Below, piece after piece: positions 13,020 to 23,751 of a stretch of 64,000 nt of DNA; the stretch's first letter is position 1; the number at the start of each line of letters is the position of its first letter. Source of the stretch: Selaginella moellendorffii (lineage: Eukaryota; Plantae; Lycopodiophyta); contig NW_003314304.1 in the NCBI RefSeq assembly GCF_000143415.4, positions 440,169-504,168 on the forward strand, in the 5' to 3' direction. A program made the position numbers and the translations under genes. The notes beneath the pieces are model-generated. The model did not search any database and was not told the DNA's origin. It worked only from the letters and a program-made list of their open reading frames with translations.

Positions 13020-15500
13020 CCTTTGACTATCTCGTTTTGAAACTTTGGAATGCTCAAAGAGTCTTTTCTAACTCAGCAAAGATGTTGCTTCATATGATGG
13101 CCGAGGCTAACTATTATCAAACAGTTCTTTTGATAGAGTTGTGCAATCTCATGTGCAAGGCACTACTTTGATGATGTCCTACGACTAAGGAGGAACATGA
13201 GATGCATGTGAGGCAAATGTTGCCACCATTGAGGGAGAACAAGCTGTATTCTAAACTGTCAAAGCGTGAGTTCTTCTTGGAGGAGATCACCTATCTTGGA
13301 CATGTGGTGCCACGAGATGGTGTGCGGGAAGATCCTCAAAAGACTCAGATAGTCGTTGACTAGCTTGTTCCCCCTACTATGCATGGGTTTCCTTGGTATG
13401 GTGCTATGCATTCAGAGGGTATGGCTCATGAGTCCTTTTCTCTTTTTGATCCTAGTGAGGCCATGGGTGTCAGTGTAGACCAAGGAGAGAATGTATCTAC
13501 TCGTGTTCTAGCTGACACTGCTGTCACTAAGCTTTCTGAAGGAGTGAAGAAGAATTGTATCAACTCATTTGAGCTGTACAGTTGTTTGTGCAATGAGTTG
13601 TGCATAGCCAAGTGCTCAGTGTCCTCTTTGACTCTGGTGCTACGCATACTTTCATTAACAAGGCTAGTGATGAGGGTATAGGAGCTGTCTTGGTGCAAGA
13701 CTGCTGTCCTATTGCCTACATAAGCCACAAGTTTGACGCAACTTAGCTAAACTTCTAACTCGGGATAGGAAGTTGTATGTTGTAGTTGTTGCAGTCAAAG
13801 AGTGAAGGCATTATCCGTATGGTTTGGATTTTTCATGTGGATAACTTTACCACTTGTCACTCTTTTCACTCGCCAGATGGAGTTTCGAGGCCAGCTGGCT
13901 CATTGACTGGAGTTTTTGCAGGAAATGGATGTGTAGATTTCAAACCACCAGAGGAGTTTAGCTCTGGGGTTTAAGGTGACGAAAACCGATTTCCCCCAAG
14001 TAAAAGTCAAAGGGTAATTTTGACTTCAGATTATTTGTGAATTCGGAAGATTGATATTTAAAGCAAAGTTGCTAGGTTTTCCAAGATCTACAACTTTTCT
14101 TTGAGTAGACAGTAAAGATGGTTGTTTCTCCATTGTTTAGGATGGTGAACTCTATCTCGTTTGGGAAGCTCTCCAGTGGTTTGCTGGATGAAATGAAGGA
14201 GTTTGCTGACTTCGACTCCTTTGTAGTGAAGGCACATGCAGTTGTTTTGAAGGGGGACGCCTCTTCCAATGCGATTGTGCTTCCTTTGATGTACGAGATG
14301 GTTTCCTAGTCAAGACAAATTGGGCTATGGTTCCTAGAGATGATGTTCTTTCACAGTGGATTCTGTAAGAGTGTCCGTTGCACCAAGTGCAGGACATCAA
14401 AGATGTGTGTTCTGGTAAAGACACATTTATTTTGGCCTGGAATGAAGTCAGGTGTTAATAAGTATGTGCACAGTTGTTAGACCGGCCAGGCAGTCACAAT
14501 AGATTGTCAAAAGCATGAAGGTCTCTACTGTAGTTAATCTCAGCGGAAGTGGGATAGCATTTTCTATGAGTTTCATAATAGGCACTTCAAGGCAATGAAA
14601 TTATCTGGGTTGTTGTGGATTGTGTGATGATGTTGGCTCACTTCTTCCTTGTGAAGACGAATGCTAGGGCTTTTGACCTTGCTCAGCTGTATTTCTCTAT
14701 AGGCTGCCTAAGGATGTTGTAAGTGATTGGGATCCCACATTCACTTTGGAGTTTTGGCAGACAATGTTCCAAAAGCTTGAGACAAAGCTGAGCATAATCA
14801 GATGGACAAACGAAACAAGTTAATTAAGTGCTGGAAGACATGCTAAGATCGTTTGTTGGTCATCTAAAGAGGCAAGTATTTGGGAGAAGTACCTGCCTTT
14901 GTTAGAGTTTGCCCATAACTGTGCCTTCCATTTGGCTATTGAGATGGCTCCATTTATGGCAATGTATGGCTTTCAACCTCGGTCCCCTGTTGGTATGAAT
15001 TTGGCTTCTCTTAAGGTGCACCAGGCAAAGGAATTGGCTGATGAGCATCGTCAGCACAAGCAGTTTCAGGTTGGAGACAAGGTTTTCCTTTGGTTGTCTG
15101 AAGCTCAGTGAGCTCTTCAAGGTGGAGGTAGTTCTAAGTTGTCGCCACAGTACTGTGGGCCTTGGATTATTCTCAAACGAGTTGGAGACCTTGCCTATCA
15201 ACTAGACTTGCTTAGTGGTGTGAAGATTCATCTCGTCTTCTATGTAGGAAGTTGAAGGCATGTTTGCATTCTGGTAATATCTTGGACCAGTCTGCGATCA
15301 AGATTCCAGAGATAGATGTTTGAAGGTTGGCCCTACTTGTGTGTTATAGCAACGGCTAGCGCGCACACATCGTAAGACTTGGAGAGAGTTACTTGTTCAG
15401 TGGAATGGTTATTCTCCATATGATGCTACATGGGAAGCTGAGGATGATGTTGTTTCCTAATTTTGAGTATGACTTGGATGACATTCCAGAGGAAGAGGAG
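13020..15500 (+). mobile_element. Second degenerate Ty3/gypsy (chromovirus-like) pol remnant
   Basis: RT end YFDDVL..EEHEMHV..LRENKLYSKLSK.EFFLEEITYLGHVV (~13165-13360); integrase WEKYLPLLEFAHN..MAPFMAMYGFQP, FQVGDKV, KLSPQYCGPW; chromodomain LVQWNGYSPYDATWE (~15390-15440). Confidence 0.8.
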
Positions 15501-15569
15501 AAGTAGTCGCTTGCTCCTATCCTTTCTTTCTTTTCTGACCCCGTGTGTCACGTGAGACAGTTAGTGGTT

Positions 15570-17100
15570 TTGTTAGCGGGATGCTTTGCTAGCTTCTCTC
15601 TCCTCAGCTACTGTCCATCATAGTTGGAGCAGAGGGAAAAATGTCACCGTATTTCGTGATGAACCAGCTGATTCTGGACCTAGGTCTCTGATCAAAGAGC
15701 CAAATACCAACTGCAAATTTGCATGTGAAGATGTGTTCAAGCATCTCCACGGGGTTTTCATTGCATAGAATACACAGAATTTTGTGAACTGTGAGCCAAT
15801 CACCAACAGGGATGCTGTCCTGCACAAGAAGCCAGCTTACCTTAGCTTCCACTAGTGTCTTCCACATGTTCACAATGTACTTCCAATTCTTCAACTTTCG
15901 CATAAGCTTGGTGTCAATTTTATCCATCAAAAGCTCTCTGCCATGCTTAGACCTGTACATAAAAAAAGACACACTGAACTCATTACCTTCCCAGGATAAC
16001 TGAGCCGGATCCTATATAAGATCAGATATAGGTACTCCCCAAACTAGTGTATTGAAGTGCATTCTCCAGTTGAACCTTAGGATCCAGTTCAGTGGATTTC
16101 CCTCTCTGATGTATCGTCCTGATCCTTTTACCGAAGGCCATCCTGGGAACTGGGACCTCCTCGGGAACTATACATGGAAACAGTGCACCACTGTTATGGG
16201 GATAAATGTAAAGCAAGATGAAGGCGATCACAAGCGATGCTGCCTTAAGCTTTGATGTGGAGTTTTCATCCTGGGTTGTAATGGGTTGTCATGAGGCCAT
16301 GTTTGCTCCAAGCGAACGTTAAACAAATACCTGACTTTACCTTTTTCATTGTATCATACCTTGTCCACTGTTGAGGAAGAAAAACAAGATACCAACAAGA
16401 ACTTTGCTGTAAGTGATGGCTTGCTAGCTCTTTGTAGATCCATAAGTCTTTGATCGAAGCTCCCACATTCCTATGCCACCTAGGCCAAAGACCTCTACCC
16501 AAGCCTGGAGCTGAACAGTCACCTATATACTGTTGATTACTGTTCTTATGCACTACGTTGAAGAACAAGCGATCAGCTAATGCATCTGTCAGATGGTCTG
16601 GTTCTTTCTGACTTAACCTGATATGTTCAACATCTCTTTTGCTATTCCATCCTGGACCTTTATGTTGAGAGGAGCAGTGCCAATTGATTCCTTGTTTCTA
16701 GTTACCACCCTGTCTAAGCAAGATCTTCTGCAACTGAGCTCTGAAGAGGAAGTGCCAGCTCTGGTTTCGTGGATATAAACCTGACACAAGAACTTTGAAG
16801 AGAAGAGATTTGGATTGAATTCCTGGGTGTGGCACATTCCAAATAACTGAATTCCACTCTACTTTTGCCTGGACTTTGCACCCACTGGAGTTTCTAAAGT
16901 TTCTACATATGTTGTTGGTGATCAAGTGTTGGTGAGTTATCGGGTGTTGCAGATCCAAGGTTTTTGCTGCGTAGGTCCTTATCACATCATCCAACAAGTT
17001 GGTCCACAAATCTATGTGGTGACACTCAATGCACAACGTCAAGAGAAGGTCCATGTGAAGCGGTTATCTCGATATTGTGTGTGAACGGATTGATGATATA
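15570..17100 (-). mobile_element. Degenerate LINE (L1-like) ORF2 3' portion with zf-RVT
   Basis: 15604-15972 ORF: MWKTLVEAKVSWLLVQDSIPVG..CILCNENPVEMLEHIFTCKFAVGIW, the CxxC..H..C finger of plant LINEs. Upstream GGLG-like RT C-terminal remnants (~16500) are fragmented. Confidence 0.7.
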
Positions 17101-17808
17101 TTCTATGGTAGATATAGATAAGCTCAACAAGATTGGAATACACTAACTTTTTAATAATAATAAATTAACAATTTTTAATGTGTATTTATGTAGCAGTGAG
17201 GTGTTATCATATTATGAATCCCACAAGATCAAGAGTGAGAGGTGTTAATCACATTATTTATATGCTCCATATGATCCTGAGGTTTAGAGGTAAGTTAGAG
17301 GAAGGAAAAAACAGAATTAATTAGATTATTGTGAAAGTAGAGTATAAATGTGAGTTAAGAGTTAACGCGAGCTAAGAGTAGCAGCGTAAAAGAGGGAAGT
17401 AGGAATGCTGGGATGGAGTTCCACCAGGTAGAAAAGATCTCAAGCCTCGGATTGCTCCCAACCCCCTGCCTCCCCACCCAGCAGTCTTGGCGCACAGGGA
17501 TGACATCAGCCCTAACCTCTTGCTCCATCTGAGCTGCTAACAGCTTCCCCCCTCCTTAAAAAAAAGGTCTGTTGTTCTCTTGGAGTTCAAGAGGCATCCT
17601 CTTCACCGTCTCCTCTGTTTTTGCTAGCTAGTTAGCTCTTACAAGAAGGAGCACAAGCCAAGTTCAGCTCCATGCTCAGCTCTATCATCTCCTCTTTAAG
17701 ACACCTCACCTCTTTGAAGCCATTCAGGAGAGCTAGCACGCTTCACGTCTAGACGTCCCCCCCCTTTTTTTTGCGATTGTCTCTTCAAACTCATCATACT
17801 TACTTAAC

Positions 17809-18300
17809 TCACCAAACCTTACCAAGACGAGTGCAGGTTTTGAAACCCCCATGAGTCACCTTGGCCTTTTTCCATCTTCCAGTTGAGCTCTCCAACAATC
17901 TTGACGTGCGGATGCGTGCAAACTGCTCCTTGAGCCAGGACCATTTCTCCAGGAGATAACTTATGCTACAACACTCTCCGCTCGACGATCTCAATGTGGA
18001 AAGATCCACAAAGCTGTCCCACTCATCATAGTTGTAGAAGAAATCATCCTCATACTGCTTCTGCAACCTTGCTCGAGCCCAAGCCTCCGCCATCGCAAGC
18101 TTCTCCCTCATCTTGATCAGCTCACACTTGAGGCCGCAAAACAAGTCCAGGTCCTGAGGAACAACAATGGAATACACCTTTCCCGGGTACCTGTCTCGAA
18201 ACCTGTGAAAGTACAGTGGACAATGTGGTGTTTCAGATCGCAGCGGAATGATAACTTGATGAAAGCAACAAAACCATCGAGCTCGCTCTTTGGGGATCAA
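17809..18300 (-). other. Unidentified 163-codon ORF or gene fragment
   Basis: Protein-like composition, TTG start, no recognisable domain. Confidence 0.25.
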
Positions 18301-19382
18301 TTATCATCTCCTCCTTTGAAGCAATGAGCAGCAGGCCTTGATTGCATCCAGAAGTACTAGAGATAGTCTGCAAAAGCAAGTTTGACACCAGTTATTTTGG
18401 CAACACAGAAGAAAAAGAAGAAAAATAAACTCAAGTTTCAAAATTTATAGAGATCCATACAATCCAAATCAAGATCAATCCTCCACGAACTTAATGTCGC
18501 TTTCAGCACCTCCAAGCTCTGCCGAAAAACGTAGCCACGGTATGCCACAATCGTTCGCTTGAAAATCTGAAGATGTCAATCGAAGCATGCAAGCAAAAAC
18601 ATGAAGTAAAGAAGCGCAGGTGGACAACAAAGGAGATGAACTGACCGAGGCCAAGAACACATATAAGGACTGAATGTAAGCACGTGAGGCCTCGCGCAGT
18701 TTTTTCCTCCGTGCGTGGCTTCATGTGTGAAGAGTTTGGTGTGGTAAGGTGTTGTTGCGGAGCAGCCAGAAGCCCAGGGTGAATATAAGTACGTGAGGCC
18801 TTGTGAGGTTTTACCACTGCCCGGAGGACTCCTGTGCATGGGCCCCGGGCGAGAGTCATTTGCGAAAGTGTTCTGCATGAAACTGGTGCCCTGAGGCTTC
18901 TGGCCGAAGAGCATTTTTTATTTAATTTGTGTAGAGTGTGGTTTACTTTTGCATATTGAGTGTATCGATATCTTTTCGTTAGCAGATTCTATTGAAGAAC
19001 CGAAGGCTACCTACAGTTAAGTGCATGCAGCAACAGATCATATAAGAAATGAATGCAGAGAATAACAAATCGGGATTTCTAGGAAGTTCGTGCGTGTTGT
19101 TAGTAATAATAATAATAATCATAAAAACCTGATGTTCAGCCAGTTAGAAGATTGTCTGAAAATTATGCATGTACTGATTCTTCAGCTCTTGAGCAACTGA
19201 TTGCTGCTGGCTCACTTTCTATATATATCAAAGAGATTTTTTTTTAACAATAAACATCTAAGCTGCTAAGAATTAGAAAAAGAAAAAACAGAAAACACGA
19301 GCTTTTCAGTTAATCGGGATTTCTAGGGTATGGGTGTGGCGCTAGGGTTTGTGTGGTGTGTGTGTCATTTCTCAACAATCTC

Positions 19383-22300
19383 ATGGAGTTCAGGGATCCC
19401 ACTTTCTGGTGGGACAACAGGTTCAAGAAGAAAAACAAGTTCTTCTCAGAGTCCTACCCGGATTTCAAACATGTTTCTACCGGAGAGAGCCTGTGGATCG
19501 CCAACAGGAAAGCACCAACCTGGGTCTCTGCAAAACTCGGGTCGCTCGCTGGCCCAGCTGTAGGTAAGGCCACCACGGCCCGCTACAAATCTCCACATAC
19601 CCCACCTGTAGCTGGTGATGAACCGGTGAGTTTAGGGAGGCTGATACACCGCGTGAGAGACTCAGCTGAGAGCAGATCCCTTTCTTTGGGAAAACAAGCC
19701 CATGAAGCTGTGCTCAAGAGTGATGAGCACAAAAGCAACATCTACTTGTTAACGGGATTGATCGATATGTACTGCAAGTGTGGCGAGCTTGAGGAGGCTC
19801 GCAAGATTTTCGACTCCATGGGAACCCGGAGTGTTGTGTCCTACAACGCGATCATCCAGGGCTGCAACACGAACGGGCGAGCTGAACTTGCTCTGGAGTA
19901 CTACTCTGCCCTGAGAGCTTGTACCACCATTCAACCCAACGATCGGACACATGTCGCGGTGATCAGCGCCTGCTCCAGACTTGCTACCGAATCCAGCAAG
20001 AAGAGGGAGAGAGCTCTACGCATTGGGATGGAGATCCATTCATTGCTGAGCAAGGAGAAGAAACAGGTAGATCTGTTCCTGGCGAATTGCCTGGTAGACA
20101 TGTACTGCAAGTGTGGCGAGCTTGAGGAGGCTTGCAAGATTTTCCACTCCATGGGAACTCGGAGTGTTGTGTCCTACAACGCGATCATCCAGGGCTGCGG
20201 CTCGAACGGGCAAGCTGAACGTGCTCTGGAGTACTACTCTGCCCTGAGAGCTTGTACCACCATTCAACCCAACGATCGGACACATGTCGCGGTGATCAGC
20301 GCCTGCTCCAGACTTGCTACCGAATCCAGCGAGAAGAGGGAGAGAGCTCTACGCATCGGGATGGAGATCCATTCAATGCTGAGCAAGGAGAAGAAACAGC
20401 TAGATCTGTACATGGCGACTTGCCTGGTAGACATGTACTGCAAGTGTGGCGAGCTTGAGGAGGCTCGCAAGATTTTCCACTCCATGGGAACTCGGAGTGT
20501 TGTGTCCTACACCGCGATCATCCAGGGCTGCAACACGAACGGGCGAGCTGAACTTGCTCTGGAGTACTACTCTGCCCTGAGAGCTGATAACACCATTCAA
20601 CCCGATGATCGGACTCATGTCGTGGTGATCAGCGCCTGCTCCACACTTGCTACCGAATCCAGCGAGAAGAGGGAGAGAGCTCTACGCATCGGGATGGAGA
20701 TCCATTCAATGCTGAGCAAGGAGAAGAAACAGCTAGATCTGTTCGTGGCGAATTGCCTGGTAGACATGTACTGCAATTGTGGCGAGCTTGAGCAGGCTCG
20801 CAAGATTTTCCACTCCATGGGAACTCGGAGTGTTGTGTCCTACACCGCGATCATCCAGGGCTGCAACACGAACGGGCGAGCTGAACTTGCTCTGGAGTAC
20901 TACTCTGCCCTGAGAGCTCGTACCACCATTCAACCCAACGATCGAACTCATGTCGCGGTGATCAGCGCCTGCTCCATACTTGCTACCGAATCCAGCGAGA
21001 AGAGGGAGAGAGCTCTACGCATCGGGATGGAAGTCCATTCAGTACTGAGCAAGGAGAAGAAACATCTAGGTCTGTACATGGCGACTTGCCTGGTAGACAT
21101 GTACTGCAAGTGTGGCGAGCTTGAGGAGGCTCGCAAGATTTTCCACTGCATGGGAACTCGGAGTGTTGTGTCCTACACCGCGATCATCCAGGGCTGCAAC
21201 ACGAACGGGCGAGCTGAACTTGCTCTGGAGTACTACTCTGCCCTGAGGGCTGATAACACCATTCAAGCTGATGCTTGCACCTACACCTGCGTCCTTGTTG
21301 CTTGCGGGAGTGTGATGGCGATCAAGCTCGGGAGGGAGATTCACCAGCTGGCAAAGCATAAAGGGCTGCTGAAAAACAATCCAGTTCTGGGCTCCAGCCT
21401 GGTGAGCTTCTACGGCAAATGCGGCGATGTTGATTCTGCTCAGGAAGCGTTTGACGAGTGCCGAACTCGGGACGACACGGGTCTCTGGAACTCTCTCATA
21501 CAGGCTTACACTCTCCAGGGCCGATCGATCGAGGCCTTGGAGTGTTTCTATTCCATGACTCAGGAGGAGGGCTGTAAAGCTGACGATGTGAGTTTTGTCT
21601 CGGTGTTGAACGCTTGCAGCCATGGTGGTCTGGTCGGGAAAGGAAGGCAGCTTCTGGATGAAATGCCCAAGCAGTATGGAGTCAAGCCACGTCTGGAGCA
21701 TTATGTGTGTCTGATCGATATGCTCGGGCGAGCTAACCTCCTCGACGAAGCTGTGAGAGTTCTCAGAACCATGCCTTTTGAACCGGATGCAGTGGTTTGG
21801 ACGTCCCTGCTCGGAGCCTGCCGGAAGTGGAAGAATTACACGATCGGCAAACTCGCGTTTGAGCGTCTTGTGGAGATGGATCCCAAGAGCAGCACGCCCT
21901 ACGCATTGATGGCCAATATATTTGGAAACCTGGGGATGCTCAGTGAAAGGGCTGCTGTTGTGGAGAGAATGAGAGGTGAAGGCAGCTTCAGGGAGCCCGA
22001 GAGAAGCTGGTGGACGGATGTTAGCTCAGGAAAAGTGCATTCTTTTTCTGTCGGGGATAGGAGTCACTCACAGAGCGACGAGATTGCGGCCAAGCTCAAG
22101 CAATTGTTGCTGAGAATGAAAGAGGAGGGGTACGTGAGCGATGTGATCAACGTTCTAAAAGACATACCCGAGGAAGAGAAAGAGGATCACCTGTGCGGCC
22201 ACAGTGAGAAGCTTGCGCTGGGGTGTGCTCTGGTGAACTCGCACCAGAAGGAAACCATCAGAATTGTGAAAAATCTCCGAGTTTGTGACGATTGCCATGC

Positions 22301-22409
22301 GGCCACTGCTCTCGTCTCTAAGCTGGAAAAAAGGCTAATCATCTGCAAAGATGCCAGTCGGGTTCATGTGTTCCAGGATGGCAGATGTTCTTGTGACAAC
22401 TACTTTTGA
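19383..22409 (+). CDS. PLS-class PPR-E-DYW (DYW:WW subtype) RNA-editing factor with N-terminal OSB-type PDF motif; intronless
   Basis: Continuous ORF from 19353; first in-frame ATG at 19383. WWDNR..K..YPDFKH.STGESLW motif, S-P-L arrays, P2-L2-S2-E1-E2, SWWTD box, HSEKLA and RVCDDCH zinc ligands, terminal CSCDNYF. Confidence 0.92.
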   Translation: MEFRDPTFWWDNRFKKKNKFFSESYPDFKHVSTGESLWIANRKAPTWVSAKLGSLAGPAVGKATTARYKSPHTPPVAGDEPVSLGRLIHRVRDSAESRSLSLGKQAHEAVLKSDEHKSNIYLLTGLIDMYCKCGELEEARKIFDSMGTRSVVSYNAIIQGCNTNGRAELALEYYSALRACTTIQPNDRTHVAVISACSRLATESSKKRERALRIGMEIHSLLSKEKKQVDLFLANCLVDMYCKCGELEEACKIFHSMGTRSVVSYNAIIQGCGSNGQAERALEYYSALRACTTIQPNDRTHVAVISACSRLATESSEKRERALRIGMEIHSMLSKEKKQLDLYMATCLVDMYCKCGELEEARKIFHSMGTRSVVSYTAIIQGCNTNGRAELALEYYSALRADNTIQPDDRTHVVVISACSTLATESSEKRERALRIGMEIHSMLSKEKKQLDLFVANCLVDMYCNCGELEQARKIFHSMGTRSVVSYTAIIQGCNTNGRAELALEYYSALRARTTIQPNDRTHVAVISACSILATESSEKRERALRIGMEVHSVLSKEKKHLGLYMATCLVDMYCKCGELEEARKIFHCMGTRSVVSYTAIIQGCNTNGRAELALEYYSALRADNTIQADACTYTCVLVACGSVMAIKLGREIHQLAKHKGLLKNNPVLGSSLVSFYGKCGDVDSAQEAFDECRTRDDTGLWNSLIQAYTLQGRSIEALECFYSMTQEEGCKADDVSFVSVLNACSHGGLVGKGRQLLDEMPKQYGVKPRLEHYVCLIDMLGRANLLDEAVRVLRTMPFEPDAVVWTSLLGACRKWKNYTIGKLAFERLVEMDPKSSTPYALMANIFGNLGMLSERAAVVERMRGEGSFREPERSWWTDVSSGKVHSFSVGDRSHSQSDEIAAKLKQLLLRMKEEGYVSDVINVLKDIPEEEKEDHLCGHSEKLALGCALVNSHQKETIRIVKNLRVCDDCHAATALVSKLEKRLIICKDASRVHVFQDGRCSCDNYF
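19767..21270 (+). repeat. Coding tandem repeat, about 4.5 x 333 bp (111 aa: S31 + P36 + long L44)
   Basis: ATGTACTGCAA(G/T)TGTGGCGAGCTTGA recurs at 19767, 20100, 20433, 20766 and 21099; units are near-identical at DNA level. Confidence 0.95.
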
Positions 22410-23751
22410 AAACATGTCAGTGCTCTTTCTTGCAGTTATCCCTGGTTTTAAACCCAGAAACATGGGCCGCTGAGTGAGCATGCCTCGTCAAAATACCGCC
22501 GTCAACCTGAACTTCACGGAGAAAAAATTAACATTTAAAAGTTAAAACTATGCAAAAGGAGGATGACACGTTGTCTTAAATTTAAATTTCTTTTTGGTAG
22601 CAGAATCGGGAATGCTGACTAAACCTGCCAACAGGTGCCCCAAAACGGAGCGCCCAGATTCAGGTAATAAGCCTTAGTATGAAGACTTGCCGGTACCCAA
22701 ACTCTTTGGTGATACCGCCTCATGTTCCGGGAGCAAGGTGATGGCGGCTTGCGGCATGACCAACTTTGGGTTTGTGCTCCTAGAGCACGTTGAAGACGTG
22801 TGGAAGCTGGTGACGACGGCATTTGTTTCTTGCAACGTACTCACCAGTTCCTCGGCGACGTCTTCCTTCCAGATTTTTTGAGCTTGTCGTGAGTGGTGAC
22901 CTGCTTGCTCTCTCCTGTGACTACTTCTTCCAGCCTCTGGTGCCCAACCTCAAGGCTCTCTTGTGGATGGAGCTAGCCCTACACAGTGTGTGTGTGTGTG
23001 TGTGTATCAACCAGCAGATGCACAAATCGTTGAGAATTAGCAACAAGTGTGTATCATAGGCTTAGTACGTAGTGTACTAGTGTACATGTACATGTGTTTC
23101 AGCTAAATATAATGGGCCAAATACACCGAAGAAGTGTGTATAAGAAGAGTAGAAATAAATTAAGAAATGTAAATTAAGAAGTGCAAAAGAAATGAAAATA
23201 AAAATTGTCCATCCTCATCAGTTTGCTGAAATTAAGTTGGATTCAATTCTTCCAGCTCCAAATATTGTGTGATTGAGTTGTAAGTTAATTAATAGTAGAA
23301 AATAAGAAAAGAAACAAACATTGAAAAAATAGTGTTTGATAATATCTTTTTTACTTTTAGTTTTTTATTTTCGAAAGGGGGGTAAAGATATCTTGGCCGT
23401 TCATTGGTGGTTAATTAAATGAGCATGTTTAGAGATGTTTATAAGAGTTTAGCTCTGGACCAAGAGTTACCCGTGCAAAATTTACGTTTTCCCTAGTTGC
23501 ACAATAACTTAAGCTACTTACCCTTATTTTTTATGGGAAAATTATTAGTATTTTGGATTCACACGAAAAAAAAGGCGAATTTAGAGAATTCTTAAGTAAT
23601 TTTCAAAAACCCCGACCAAATCTAAAGTGTTGGGGGGGGGTCATTTTATTTTAAGGGAAGTTGTTAAAAATTATTCCGGAAATATTCGAGAAGATTCTTA
23701 GGTTAGGGTTTGGCGTGTGCGACTTTTCTTCAATTAGCTGTGCAAGCTTTC

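Noticed and set aside
19749-21701. Series of repeated short ORFs on both strands
   Set aside because: Alternative-frame shadows of the 333-bp PPR repeats.
22000-22409. U-to-C (DYW:KP) editing factor
   Set aside because: The domain has SWWTD and HSEKLA rather than KP-type motifs, which fits the C-to-U DYW:WW subtype.
22619-23059. Possible Harbinger Myb/SANT partner ORF
   Set aside because: No Trp-spaced SANT motif or TIR recognised.
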